This document shows, one piece after another, positions 18,202-28,034 of a stretch of DNA of 64,000 nucleotides. The translations under genes were made by a program, and so were the position numbers. Under the pieces are notes generated by a model. That model did no database searches, was not told the DNA's origin, and worked only from the letters and a program-made list of their open reading frames with translations. Numbering within the stretch: position 1 is the stretch's first letter; each line of letters opens with the position of its first letter. This DNA comes from an uncultured Candidatus Micrarchaeota archaeon (GTDB lineage: Archaea; Micrarchaeota; Micrarchaeia; Burarchaeales; Fermentimicrarchaeaceae): NCBI GenBank assembly GCA_963760615.1, contig CAVXDX010000012.1:3338-67337 (forward strand), written 5' to 3'.

Positions 18202-18834
18202 ATGCTGAAATCCAGCTTTTCGGAATTCTGCAACAGAGTAAGCATAAGGCTCGGAATGGTATTCTCAAAGATTCCCATTTCTGCCAATGCCTGGACTATA
18301 CTCTCGCTCCTTCCGGCAGTTGTGGGGTTTGCATTTCTCGTGCAGAGGCAGATGGAGAATGCGCTCGTTCTCTTCGCAATCTCAGCCATCTTGGATGCGG
18401 TAGACGGGGGCGTTGCCCGAGTCACGGGAACGGTTAGCAACCTTGGAGCCTATCTTGATGGCATGATGGACAGAGCAGTTGAGGGGCTCCTCTTGATAGG
18501 GATAATGCTTCACGGGATACCTGACTTGGTTATTTGGGGCTACACAACTCCCGCATTCCTGTGGATTGCGCTCCTGCTGTTTTTTGGTTCTGCCATGGTG
18601 AGCTATTCAAGAGCATACGCAGTTTACAGAAGAGTCCTGAGGGATGATAAGAAAATCTCGAAAATGCCAGGTGTCATGGAGAGGGCTGAAAGGCTCATCC
18701 TTGTGTTTCTCGGCATGCTGCTCTATCCCTTCAACCCGCTCTATCTGACTTGCGCAATAGCTCTCGCTGCTGTGCTTTCGATTGTGACGGTTATGCAGAG
18801 GATGCTTTACACCATAGGAAAGGCGGAGTACTGA
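18202..18834 (+). CDS. CDP-alcohol phosphatidyltransferase family lipid synthase
   Basis: DAVDGGVARVTGTVSNLGAYLDGMMDR matches the DG(x)2AR...G(x)3D(x)3D signature. Polytopic membrane protein. Confidence 0.8.
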   Translation: MLKSSFSEFCNRVSIRLGMVFSKIPISANAWTILSLLPAVVGFAFLVQRQMENALVLFAISAILDAVDGGVARVTGTVSNLGAYLDGMMDRAVEGLLLIGIMLHGIPDLVIWGYTTPAFLWIALLLFFGSAMVSYSRAYAVYRRVLRDDKKISKMPGVMERAERLILVFLGMLLYPFNPLYLTCAIALAAVLSIVTVMQRMLYTIGKAEY

Positions 18835-18838
18835 TTCA

Positions 18839-19486
18839 ATGAAGGTGGACATGCACATCCACACCGTATACTCCGGGGATGCCACATGCAAGCCTTCTGG
18901 AGTTATGGAAGCGGCAAGAAGGAGGGGTCTTGACGGCATTGCTGTGACAGACCACAATACGACTAAAGCATGGAAAGAAACGCTTGCAGAGGGCAGAAAA
19001 CATAGCATAGCAGTAATCCTCGGGGAAGAAATTTTAGTGGAATATAAGGGAAGACAAGTGGGAGAAGTGCTGGGCTATTTCATGAATGAGGAGATAAAAA
19101 GGGGGGATGTATACGAAGTGCTGGATGCAATTGCAAGCCAGGGGGCGCTGGCTGCTCTTTCCCATCCATTCTGCTTCTGGAGGGGCTTGAGGATGGATGC
19201 AGCTGAGTTAGTTGACAAAATTCAGGCAGTTGAGGTTTTCAACTCCAAGATGTATTTTAATTACCACAACCGCAAGGCGCTTGAGTTTGCAAGAAAGCAC
19301 AAACTTGCCGAAGTTGGAGGCAGTGATGCGCATAGCGAGCATGAAGTTGGCGATGCATATACCCTTGCAGAAGCAAGCAGTATAAAGGAATTCAGGAGGG
19401 CAATGGAGAAAAGGAAAACAAAGGCTGAAGGAAATATTTCAGGCTACCTTCCTAGGTTATTTTCAAAGCTTGCTAGTTTGGGATAA
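18839..19486 (+). CDS. PHP-family metal-dependent phosphoesterase
   Basis: MKVDMHIHTVYSGDA...GIAVTDHNT shows the PHP His motifs. Confidence 0.75.
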   Translation: MKVDMHIHTVYSGDATCKPSGVMEAARRRGLDGIAVTDHNTTKAWKETLAEGRKHSIAVILGEEILVEYKGRQVGEVLGYFMNEEIKRGDVYEVLDAIASQGALAALSHPFCFWRGLRMDAAELVDKIQAVEVFNSKMYFNYHNRKALEFARKHKLAEVGGSDAHSEHEVGDAYTLAEASSIKEFRRAMEKRKTKAEGNISGYLPRLFSKLASLG

Positions 19487-22024
19487 TCAGCCTCCTTTCT
19501 TTATAATTGATTTACCTCTTGGTGTGAGTTTGTAGAACACCCACTTCCTACCATCAACTTCTATTTTCTCGACAAGGTCCGCCTCCCGCAGCTTGTCAAG
19601 ATGCTCCACTATTGTTGCTTTGCTCTTGTTGAGCTTTGAGCTTATGTCCGTCGGAGTCCTCTCCCCCTCAAGAAGAGTATTCAGAATCTCCATTCTCGTC
19701 CCTGATGATAGCGCGCGGTACACATCTGCATCACCAGGCTCCTTCTGGGCTGGGGCTCTCCTCAGCATACTCAGGACGACGAAAATGGTAAAAAGAACAA
19801 GAACTACTGCCACTGGTACTATTAAGTTTGAATTCGAAGGCTCGGTTCCAGTTGCTGGAGGTGACTGCTGGTTTGCGTTCTGAGGGGGTGTCTGACCGGT
19901 TGATGCGGGGGTGATTCTTACGACACCTCCCGCATTGCATAACAGCGCATTATCCCCAACAGAGAGGTAGTTTGCAGTTTTTTCATCGCTTATCAGGCTC
20001 AGGTATTCCTGCGAGCCGAACTGAACATTCCTCGTTGGCTCCATGCCATTGCATCCTGTGTCCTCCCATATGCCGCCGACAGAGACGAATGTTTTGTCAC
20101 CGATAACCTTTGTTTCCGGAGCCTGGGAAGTCTGCTCTGCCATGCTGCTTGTTGCCTTGTATGCATTTGCCACTCCGTAGGAACCACCAGCAACAGTTGC
20201 TGCCATTGGAGCTATATCCATATTTCTTCTTATCTCATTCCCCTCTGGTGATTTCACAAGGTAGGATGTGTAAGGGGTAGGTATTCCATATTTTACGGCA
20301 AGTTCAGTAACCTGCTGCTTGAGTTCTGGAGTCTCCCCATCCAGAGTTATCTGGTCAAGCAGATAGCCAACCTTCCTCAGAGCCCATGTTCTCTCCACGA
20401 AACTGTTTGATGAAGTCTGAGGGAAGCTTACATCGTACTTCAGCTCCTTCTGCACCCCACCTACGGAACCTTTCAGCCTGACAGTTGCGTCTCCATAGCC
20501 GCTGTATCTGCCAGCAACTACCAACTGTGTTCCAAGGAATATGTCCGGTATCCTCTTTGGGAGGAGATCATATGTCGAAACTGCACCTTCCACGCCAACG
20601 CATGCTGTGCTACCCATCTCGCATACTACCGGAGCTGAGGAGGGGGTTATGGTGAGCCGCACATCTGAAAGCACCGGAGTTGAAACTCTGTCATAGAAAG
20701 ACTTGAGTGTCATCTCCAAATCCGCTTCATTCTTTATGTATGTGGCTATTCCATCCCCGAATTCGTTTGAAAGCTTGTCGAGAAGCTCAAAATCTACGTC
20801 TTCGCCTACTCCAAACACGAAGAGTTTGAAATTCTTTCCACTTCCGTCTGCGCTGCCAGTCAGGGCCTTTAGTATATCTGTATTGGAGTGCCCCGTGGTG
20901 TCCCTGCCATCTGTGAGTATTATGACTAGGTGCATCCTGCTGTCGTTCTGGAACCATGCGATGGATTGCGCAAGAGGATCCTGTAGGTCTGTTGCGCCTT
21001 CCGCGGACATACCATCGACGAAATTCTTTGCGCCCTGGACTGAGCTTACACTCTGCAGGGTATCCGCATACCTCTTTGTAGTGCTTGAGAATGAGATTAT
21101 GTTGAACCTATCCTCTCCGTTCAGCCTGTCCAGCCCGTACTTGAGAGCACTTTTCACCTGGTCAAGCTTGGTGCCCTCCATGCTTCCGGAGGTGTCAATA
21201 ACGAAAACGACATCCTTCGGAATTGTTGTCTGGTTGACAATGGAGGGGTATATGAAAAGCAGGAAGTAGCCGCTCTCGTTGCTTTTTTGAGCCAGCAGCT
21301 TCACATCGTAATCCCTATTGCTTACACCATAGTAAAGCTGGAAGTCCTTATCCGGCAGTACTTTCTCCTCGTAGTAGGATACGACTGCCTTGCCGGTCTC
21401 TCCTCGCTGCACCGTTATGTTGTGCGTCGGCGAGTATATGAAACCCAAAGTGCCAGGTGCGTTTATGTTTATTGTTATATTCACCGGGTCTATAGGCTTT
21501 GTTGAATACCTCTCAGGGCTTAGGGGGTACATGTAGGTGTATAGCCCTGCGCTGGATGAGATTATCTGTTCGTAGGTTATCACGACCTTGACTGTTTTTC
21601 CTCTTGGGAGCACAATGCTTGAGGAGAAGGCATCCCTTCCGACATACTCCAAGAGAGATGCATCCCTCCTCTCAAGGACATACTGCTGGTAGGTTTTCTT
21701 TGCTTCCTCGCTTCCAAGAAGTGTTCCCTCAAGGGTTTTGCCATCAACTATAAGCTTGACATCCCTCACACCGCCTCCTGGGACTGGGAACATGTATACT
21801 CCTTCCAAATCCCTGTAACCGTCATTCCTGAACTCCTGCTCCACTCTTGTACGGGCGTACGTGTCATTTATTGTTACTGTAACATAGTGATTCAGTATGA
21901 GGGGGTACTGGTCCTCATGATGGATGGGTATGATCACTCCATCTGAATGAACGAAGCCTAGCAATAAGAAAAGCATCAGAATTGCAAACTTTGTCTTCAT
22001 TATATCACCAAGATAGTTAGGCAA
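19487..22024 (-). CDS. Signal peptide + VIT + von Willebrand A extracellular region, single TM helix, C-terminal cytoplasmic ArsR-like winged HTH
   Basis: Sec signal MKTKFAILMLFLLLGFVHS. VIT-like N-domain. vWA MIDAS motif DTSGSM...T...D. TM LIVPVAVVLVLFTIFVVLSMLRR. The wHTH is YRALSSGTRMEILNTLLEGERTPTDISSKLNKSKATIVEHLDKLREADLV. Confidence 0.6.
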   Translation of the reverse strand: MPNYLGDIMKTKFAILMLFLLLGFVHSDGVIIPIHHEDQYPLILNHYVTVTINDTYARTRVEQEFRNDGYRDLEGVYMFPVPGGGVRDVKLIVDGKTLEGTLLGSEEAKKTYQQYVLERRDASLLEYVGRDAFSSSIVLPRGKTVKVVITYEQIISSSAGLYTYMYPLSPERYSTKPIDPVNITININAPGTLGFIYSPTHNITVQRGETGKAVVSYYEEKVLPDKDFQLYYGVSNRDYDVKLLAQKSNESGYFLLFIYPSIVNQTTIPKDVVFVIDTSGSMEGTKLDQVKSALKYGLDRLNGEDRFNIISFSSTTKRYADTLQSVSSVQGAKNFVDGMSAEGATDLQDPLAQSIAWFQNDSRMHLVIILTDGRDTTGHSNTDILKALTGSADGSGKNFKLFVFGVGEDVDFELLDKLSNEFGDGIATYIKNEADLEMTLKSFYDRVSTPVLSDVRLTITPSSAPVVCEMGSTACVGVEGAVSTYDLLPKRIPDIFLGTQLVVAGRYSGYGDATVRLKGSVGGVQKELKYDVSFPQTSSNSFVERTWALRKVGYLLDQITLDGETPELKQQVTELAVKYGIPTPYTSYLVKSPEGNEIRRNMDIAPMAATVAGGSYGVANAYKATSSMAEQTSQAPETKVIGDKTFVSVGGIWEDTGCNGMEPTRNVQFGSQEYLSLISDEKTANYLSVGDNALLCNAGGVVRITPASTGQTPPQNANQQSPPATGTEPSNSNLIVPVAVVLVLFTIFVVLSMLRRAPAQKEPGDADVYRALSSGTRMEILNTLLEGERTPTDISSKLNKSKATIVEHLDKLREADLVEKIEVDGRKWVFYKLTPRGKSIIKKGG

Positions 22025-22130
22025 TGAGGATATTTATAGCCTATTCGTTTTTGTTAGGCGCTTGCCGAACAATTCCCTTACACCTCGTCAATGCGCCTAT
22101 TGAAAGCAAAAACGGTAATGTTAAATAGAA

Positions 22131-23684
22131 TTGCAGTGCAAATGTTCTCCGCAAGAGGAGGTTGAATTGGAAGGCGGTTATTTCAGGTATGACAAGCTGC
22201 AGCCCAGAGAATACCAGCTCAGGATAGCTGAGAACGTTCTGAAAAAGGGCAATTCCCTAGTCATACTGCCAACCGGGCTGGGAAAAACCGCAATAGCACT
22301 GCTCGTTGCTGATAAATATCTCCAGCAGGGTAAGAGAGTGCTCTTCCTCGCACCAACAAGACCCCTGTGCGAGCAGCACAGGAAGAGCTTTGAGGAGCTT
22401 ATGAAGCTCCCGAGTGAGGACATTCTGCTTATAACTGGCAAATTTGGGGCGGGGGAGAGGGAGGATTTGTGGAATACTGCAAAGGTTATTGTCGCAACCC
22501 CGCAGTGCGTGAAGAATGACTTGAAAAAAGGCAAAATGAAACTGGAATTCGGACTTGTTGTGCTTGACGAGGTGCACAGGGCAGTTGGCAATTATGCGTA
22601 TACTTTCGTTGCAGAGGAGTGCAGGAAAGTTGGGCTTCACCTGCTCGGTCTGACTGCATCACCTGGAAGCTCCAAGGAGAAGATTGAGGAGATGAGCAGC
22701 CTTCTTGGAGTTAAGAATATAGAGATACGGGATGAGGCTGATGAAGATGTGAAGGAGTATGTCCAGCCTCTTGACATCCACTGGGAGACCGTTGATTTTC
22801 CAGCTGAGATGGATGAGGTGAGAAAGCTTCTGGAAGATGCAATGGAGGATAGGCTGGAGGTGATGAGGAAGTTCGGGTGGATAAATGCCAAGAGCTTCCG
22901 CTCCCTGGGGAAGAAGGTGCTCCTGCTGGCCAGGAGCAAAATTGAGAGGACTTCAGGAGGAGTAAAGTATATGGGTCTGTCGCAGTATGCCGCGCTGATG
23001 AATCTCACTCACGCGCACGAGCTGCTTGAGACTGAGGGCGCTTCAACTTTCCTGGAGTTTTTCAAGAGAATGGAAGCCCGCGAGCAGAAGAGCAGGGCGG
23101 TTGTCAGAATATTGAAGGATTACAGGGTTGTGCAGGCTTTGGAGAAGGCTAGGCAGCTGAAGATTGACCACCCGAAGCTGGACAAGCTGCGCCAGCTCAT
23201 AGAGGGGAGGAAGGACAGGATATACATAATTTTCGTGCAATTCAGGGACCAGGTTAAGAAAGTGGTTGAGGAGCTAAACAAGATACCTGGAGTGAAGGCT
23301 GAGAGGTTTGTTGGAAAGCGTGATGGTGTAACACAGGAGGAGCAGAAGGATACTATAGAGAGGTTCAGGAACAGGGAGTTCAACATACTTGTGGCAAGCT
23401 CTATAGGGGAGGAAGGGTTGGATATACCTGCCGTGGACTGCGTCATCTTCTACGAGCCAATACCGAGCGAGATAAGGAACATCCAGAGAAGAGGCAGGGC
23501 CGGGAGGACCAGAGCCGGGGAAGTGATAATACTCATAACAAAGGACACGCGGGATGAGGCGTACTACTGGGTTTCAAGAAGCAGGGAGAGGAAGATGAAG
23601 AGGATAGTAAAGGGAATGCAGAACAGGTTCGGAGGAGAAGTTAAAAAAGTAAAGGGGCAGAGCAGGCTATCTGACTTCGGCTGA
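22131..23684 (+). CDS. Hef/FANCM-type superfamily 2 helicase (helicase module only); likely start TTG 22167 after SD GAGGAGGT
   Basis: Motif I LPTGLGKT, motif II DEVH, motifs V/VI (...QRRGRAGR), and an insertion domain between the RecA lobes. No ERCC4 nuclease domain is present. Confidence 0.7.
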   Translation: MQCKCSPQEEVELEGGYFRYDKLQPREYQLRIAENVLKKGNSLVILPTGLGKTAIALLVADKYLQQGKRVLFLAPTRPLCEQHRKSFEELMKLPSEDILLITGKFGAGEREDLWNTAKVIVATPQCVKNDLKKGKMKLEFGLVVLDEVHRAVGNYAYTFVAEECRKVGLHLLGLTASPGSSKEKIEEMSSLLGVKNIEIRDEADEDVKEYVQPLDIHWETVDFPAEMDEVRKLLEDAMEDRLEVMRKFGWINAKSFRSLGKKVLLLARSKIERTSGGVKYMGLSQYAALMNLTHAHELLETEGASTFLEFFKRMEAREQKSRAVVRILKDYRVVQALEKARQLKIDHPKLDKLRQLIEGRKDRIYIIFVQFRDQVKKVVEELNKIPGVKAERFVGKRDGVTQEEQKDTIERFRNREFNILVASSIGEEGLDIPAVDCVIFYEPIPSEIRNIQRRGRAGRTRAGEVIILITKDTRDEAYYWVSRSRERKMKRIVKGMQNRFGGEVKKVKGQSRLSDFG

Positions 23685-23693
23685 GTTCAGGTA

Positions 23694-23996
23694 CTAAAAA
23701 CTGATTTTCACTCCTAAGAGCATTAGGAGGAGTATAGTTGCCAGTCCCGGAAGACCGAATAATGCCACAGGCACTATGGTTGGCCATATGGGGATAGCTT
23801 GTAGGGATTGGATGTGCAAAGATGTCCCTATTATATTGAGTAGGAAGAGGCATACAACCCCCACTATGGAGTTGAGTATGATTGTTAGGAGCCACTTGAA
23901 TCCCACTCTTGCCAGCTTGAAGAAAAGCACTATCCCAATTACTAAAAAGAATATGAATACCAATGAAGTGCAGATTAACGCAATGTCAAATGCCAT
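23694..23996 (-). CDS. Small membrane protein (about 100 aa, 3 TM)
   Basis: Hydrophobic ORF with no motif recognised. Confidence 0.3.
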   Translation of the reverse strand: MAFDIALICTSLVFIFFLVIGIVLFFKLARVGFKWLLTIILNSIVGVVCLFLLNIIGTSLHIQSLQAIPIWPTIVPVALFGLPGLATILLLMLLGVKISF

Positions 23997-24045
23997 AATA
24001 CCACCTAGGAGTTATCTCAGATGGGGTTTAAAAGTTTGACGCATT

Positions 24046-24453
24046 CTATTCAGTTGTTCTGCCGTCAAACTCCTCCGGGCTTGCAATTGCCTCTGCCTTT
24101 GTCTTCCTCACTACTTTGTCTTGGTGCTCGGGAGGGGAGTAAATGGTGTAGAGCTTGAGCTCCGAAGTTTTGGATGTATTGATCACGTTATGCTTTGCGC
24201 CCGCAGGGACTATTACTCCATCCCCATCCTTGACAGGGTATTCATTTCCGTCAATAACCACCTTTCCCTCTCCTGCTTCAAATCTGAAGAACTGATCCCT
24301 ATCCTTGTGCACCTCCATGCCTATCTCTTCCATGGGCTTGAGGTTCATCAAGACCAGCTGGCTGTTCTTCCCGGTGTACAAAACTCTGCGGAAATCTGAG
24401 TTTTTCCTAGTCTCCTTTTCAAGAGCTGTTGCATACCCTTTCATATTCGTCAC
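24046..24453 (-). CDS. Cupin-domain protein
   Basis: The cupin motifs G(x)5HxH(x)3,4E and a second His motif are present (MEVHKDRDQFFRFEAGEG...VPAGAKHNVIN). Confidence 0.6.
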   Translation of the reverse strand: MTNMKGYATALEKETRKNSDFRRVLYTGKNSQLVLMNLKPMEEIGMEVHKDRDQFFRFEAGEGKVVIDGNEYPVKDGDGVIVPAGAKHNVINTSKTSELKLYTIYSPPEHQDKVVRKTKAEAIASPEEFDGRTTE

Positions 24454-24585
24454 CTCTCAGTTACGATTTCAGTTTCAAGGTATATTAATATTGACTATAT
24501 TCGAGTAAAGCTAGCTTGAATATTTAAAAGAGATACATACGCCAGTTTGGGACAGACTCTGTTTCTTTAGGTTTTATAAAGACAA

Positions 24586-24599
24586 AAAGGCATAATTTA
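24586..24599 (+). promoter_or_regulatory. Conserved promoter-proximal 14-mer aaaggcataattta (copy 1) between TATA (24572-24580) and the ATG at 24603
   Basis: An exact 14/14 copy is also present at 25496-25509 and 28933-28946, each 4-5 nt upstream of a leaderless start. Confidence 0.6.
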
Positions 24600-24602
24600 A
24601 CC

Positions 24603-25475
24603 ATGCCAGAAAACGTCAAATTTACGGAAGAGCGAAACTCGGAAGAAAAGGTACCGAGAAGGGAGCACCTCCAGCCTATCAAGGAGATTATCCACCAATT
24701 ACATAAAAAGAAATTTGTCGAGCCAAGTTCAGTGAAAGCTGTGCTGCTGTATATAGAAATGGATTGGGGGAGCGGTGAGCTGCAGAAATGGGCTGATGAG
24801 GTTGAACGGAAAAAAGAGAGACTAGAAAAAAAGTTTAAGGTAAATGAGAAGCTCACCACTGAGATAAAAAGCATAATTGAGAGAGTGGGCACAGGTGTTC
24901 TAAGCGAGGATGAAATGAAAGAGGCTGAGAGGAGATTCAAAGGAGCGAAATATGCGTGGAGCCGCTATTCCATTATCCCTCTTATTGTCAAGGGTGGGCA
25001 AACAGCAGGCCATATTGAGCTGCTTAGAACTGCCCCGTTATTGGATGAGGTAGCGAGTTACGGGATAAAACTTCACGAGTCCGCCCATTTTATTCATCTT
25101 TTCATAGTTGAGAAGCGCCTTGAGAGCGGGGATATCAAAGACCCGATAATGAAAAGGCTTTATGAGTACATGCACGGGAAATATAGCAACGAGATAATTG
25201 ATGCCGCGGTGCGCGGCTATATCGGCCCGCGATATCAGGAGACCGTGGCGGAGGCTCTCATGTACTGCGTGCTGCACAAGGGCGAAACACCTGACAAGCA
25301 CAGGGATTTCAGGGTGGCTGACGAATTCAGGCTGCTCGGACATGACGTCAAGGAGCTGGGAAACCTTTTCAAAAGCAACCCTGAGACATTCAGAAAGCTC
25401 GTGGAAAACCCCTCATGGTGGGTGGAAGCTGGCAGCGTTGAAAAACTTGTTGAAAAGTTGAAGGAACCGGGCTAG
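24603..25475 (+). CDS. Hypothetical protein with an HExxH motif, candidate zincin-like metallopeptidase; first gene of the island promoter family
   Basis: LHESAHFIH, with a downstream ETVAEALMY as a possible third ligand. Leaderless with TATA at -30. The conserved 14-mer aaaggcataattta ends 4 nt before the ATG. Confidence 0.4.
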   Translation: MPENVKFTEERNSEEKVPRREHLQPIKEIIHQLHKKKFVEPSSVKAVLLYIEMDWGSGELQKWADEVERKKERLEKKFKVNEKLTTEIKSIIERVGTGVLSEDEMKEAERRFKGAKYAWSRYSIIPLIVKGGQTAGHIELLRTAPLLDEVASYGIKLHESAHFIHLFIVEKRLESGDIKDPIMKRLYEYMHGKYSNEIIDAAVRGYIGPRYQETVAEALMYCVLHKGETPDKHRDFRVADEFRLLGHDVKELGNLFKSNPETFRKLVENPSWWVEAGSVEKLVEKLKEPG

Positions 25476-25495
25476 TGACAATCTTAAAAAGGAGA

Positions 25496-25509
25496 AAAGG
25501 CATAATTTA
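25496..25509 (+). promoter_or_regulatory. Conserved promoter-proximal 14-mer aaaggcataattta (copy 2)
   Basis: Identical 14-mer. TATA tcttaaaaa at 25482-25490. ATG at 25514. Confidence 0.6.
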
Positions 25510-25513
25510 GGAT

Positions 25514-26479
25514 ATGCCAGCATACAAGAAAGAGAAGGCGGAGGGCATATCAGAAAGCCACCCTGCTTCGAAAGTTGACGTCTTCCCAGACCACCTAAAC
25601 ACCAAGATTGGGGATTACAAAGTTCGCATAGACAAGGATGGGGTAAAAGCAAGGAAGGAAGTAAAGGACCTGACGGTTCAACTTGCGCGGATGGATTATG
25701 AACAGTGGTATTACCCGTCGTTAGGTCCGAATTTTGTAGATAAGAAAGAAATTAAGGTGCCTTCCATTGATCTTGTCGTATCGTTCAGTTTTGAAGACCT
25801 ATCCAGTATAGCCGAGTTGAAGCCTAATGAGCTTAAGGGATATCCTGAAAGGACCTCCCAAAATTGGATAAATGTGAACGTTTCTGCAAAATTCCTTATT
25901 GACGATAGGGAGATGGATATGAAAGGATTCACCAGGGGAGTTGTCAAGCATTCAATGCCTCGTTGGCTTACTGACGCCAAGGAATCCAAGCTTCGTGATG
26001 CCATTATTCTTGATGATGATTTCCGCGGCAAGCTTGCCGGTGACATCAGGATGCTTGCCAGGAAGGTTGACTGGATGCTGAAATTCGACCCAAATGCCTC
26101 TGTGTCATTCAAAGCGCTAATGGCTGCAAAGAAGGCGGGGATAGAAAACTTCGACAGAGAAGTCGAGAGTCTGACAATACAGGTTTTGGAAATATCAGAG
26201 AAATGCGATGTTTTCAAGAACCCGGACGCCCTGCTTCAACTGGCCGTTAAGGCAAGGGAACAGGAAAATGGCGAAGCCATAGTTCTTAAACTTGGCGTCG
26301 ACCTTTTCATGGCAGCCCAATTCATCCGAGATGAAGCTAATAAGACGACTGACCCCGCTGCCAAGGCTTTCCGGGAAAACCAGGCAAAAAAACTGTATGC
26401 GCTTAGCCAGCTATTCCATGATTACGCTCTAAAGGACTTGAATGAAAAGAGAGACAAGAAGTCCAAGAAGGAGTCATAG
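25514..26479 (+). CDS. Hypothetical protein (321 aa, K/E-rich); carries the same conserved promoter-proximal 14-mer
   Basis: Clean ORF starting ATGCCAG with the 14-mer and TATA upstream. No recognisable domain. Confidence 0.4.
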   Translation: MPAYKKEKAEGISESHPASKVDVFPDHLNTKIGDYKVRIDKDGVKARKEVKDLTVQLARMDYEQWYYPSLGPNFVDKKEIKVPSIDLVVSFSFEDLSSIAELKPNELKGYPERTSQNWINVNVSAKFLIDDREMDMKGFTRGVVKHSMPRWLTDAKESKLRDAIILDDDFRGKLAGDIRMLARKVDWMLKFDPNASVSFKALMAAKKAGIENFDREVESLTIQVLEISEKCDVFKNPDALLQLAVKAREQENGEAIVLKLGVDLFMAAQFIRDEANKTTDPAAKAFRENQAKKLYALSQLFHDYALKDLNEKRDKKSKKES

Positions 26480-26530
26480 ACGTTTTTCTGACATTTCTGA
26501 AATCATCTAGGCTTTCTTCTGGTTGAGGTA

Positions 26531-26548
26531 ATGTAACTATGGTTACAC
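26531..26548. promoter_or_regulatory. 18-bp palindrome atGTAACtatgGTTACac (GTAAC-N4-GTTAC), candidate operator
   Basis: One of three near-identical palindromes in island intergenic regions. About 80 nt upstream of the 26612 start. Confidence 0.5.
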
Positions 26549-26611
26549 AAACTACATGGAAAGGAAGTCAGTTTCTTTATGGTTTATAAGCTTAAAACGA
26601 GCAATTTTAGC

Positions 26612-27913
26612 ATGCCAGAAGCGCACAAGAAAGCAGTCTATACGCAGTCCTTGATAGACAACCCTAAGCTTTCAGAAGACAAGGTAACCGGTGAGTTCAA
26701 GGGATTCCCACTAGAATACAGGAACGGCGTGATATACCTAAGCAAGGAATACCACCACATACATGCAATTATAGAGTGGTGGGATGAGGGAACGAAGGAT
26801 TTTATCAAGAGACCGGTGGTATTCGATTCAGTCAAGGTTACTGCGGAATTCAGGGGGAAGGAATTCGCACATGGATTCTACGGGGAGGATATAACAATTG
26901 ACTGCGGTTACGCCACTGCGGAATTCAAGCTTGACGGGAAGAAGTACAAGGTGGATTACGGCATATTTGAAGGCGACAATTCTAGTTGGTATCTGAACTA
27001 CTACTCGGACTTCGACAATGACAAGAAAAGACTGTATTTCATGCGTCATTTCAACAGCAGAGTCATGGATGATTTCGTCCCATTCAGGGACCATGGGCTT
27101 GTGGATGTCCTCAGGTTTGACAAGCATGTTGCTCCGCTCTTCGAAATTGAGCTGGAAACAAGAAAGAAAAAGCATGAACTGGTTGAAGACTTGAAGCTGG
27201 AGGCGCAACAGATTGGCAGGCAATACGACATAGAAAGAAACCCCCTTCCTCTGCAGCCGATATTCAAGAGGGCCAAGGAAGCAGGGGTGGTTGATAAACT
27301 CATAGGCGGACTGAGGAGGTGGGCCATGGACAGAAGAGAGCACATGTCAGATTGGGGAGAGGAGACGAGGTGGGTTTCGATTGAAGAGATTGCAAGCGGA
27401 AGGAGAAGGGAGAGCTTTGAGGACTTGGCAAGGAGGACTCAGGCAGAGAGGCTTGACAAGATAGCAGATGCGCTTCAGAAGTTCAACCAGAAACCCACTA
27501 AACAGCAGGAGAAGGAATCTGCGGAATGGCTTGCCTTCGACAATGCGTTGAAGAAGGTTGATGGAATGATGGCTGAGGAAAAGGACTGGAGCAGGGATAC
27601 TGGTAAATTTGCCGCTCGTGTCATTGAGGAGATAAAGCCCATATGCGAGCCGAGAAAGTTTGCGGAAACCCTGAAAAGACTCATGGAGTTCAAGAAGGAT
27701 GATGGAGTGGTTGAGCAACTCTCTGCACTTTACAGCCCTATGTATTTCAGGAACTTCATCAGAATGATGGGTGGGGATATCAGCAATGAGGAACTTGAGG
27801 AGCTGTTCGGAAAGGGAAAGGAGCGCCTGGGAGAGTATGTGAGAGGCGTGGCTGATGAGACCAAGGGGAGGGAGCTTCTTCTTTTGAGCGAGGAGATTCT
27901 GAAGAGATGCTGA
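26612..27913 (+). CDS. Hypothetical protein (433 aa); start reassigned to the ATGCCAG at 26612, not the track start at 26579
   Basis: The ATGCCAG start context is shared with the two upstream genes. TATA gtttataag sits at -30 relative to 26612. The GTAAC-N4-GTTAC palindrome sits at -80. Confidence 0.4.
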   Translation: MPEAHKKAVYTQSLIDNPKLSEDKVTGEFKGFPLEYRNGVIYLSKEYHHIHAIIEWWDEGTKDFIKRPVVFDSVKVTAEFRGKEFAHGFYGEDITIDCGYATAEFKLDGKKYKVDYGIFEGDNSSWYLNYYSDFDNDKKRLYFMRHFNSRVMDDFVPFRDHGLVDVLRFDKHVAPLFEIELETRKKKHELVEDLKLEAQQIGRQYDIERNPLPLQPIFKRAKEAGVVDKLIGGLRRWAMDRREHMSDWGEETRWVSIEEIASGRRRESFEDLARRTQAERLDKIADALQKFNQKPTKQQEKESAEWLAFDNALKKVDGMMAEEKDWSRDTGKFAARVIEEIKPICEPRKFAETLKRLMEFKKDDGVVEQLSALYSPMYFRNFIRMMGGDISNEELEELFGKGKERLGEYVRGVADETKGRELLLLSEEILKRC

Positions 27914-28034
27914 ACAGCCAGCACACGGGCTCCTGACAGGAAGTTTGGGAGGGGGCAGCAGACGATTAGCGGAAAGTTACCCCTTGCCAATGTTTTTAAA
28001 CGACAAACCTAGTATCAATACAGAGGCGGGGTAA

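Noticed and set aside
22178-23446. Antisense ORFs inside the Hef-type helicase gene
   Set aside because: Embedded in a conserved helicase coding region with no motifs, so they are spurious.
26579-26611. Track start codon for the 444-aa ORF
   Set aside because: The conserved ATGCCAG start context and the TATA spacing shared with neighbouring genes support the internal ATG at 26612. The upstream ATG lies inside the promoter.
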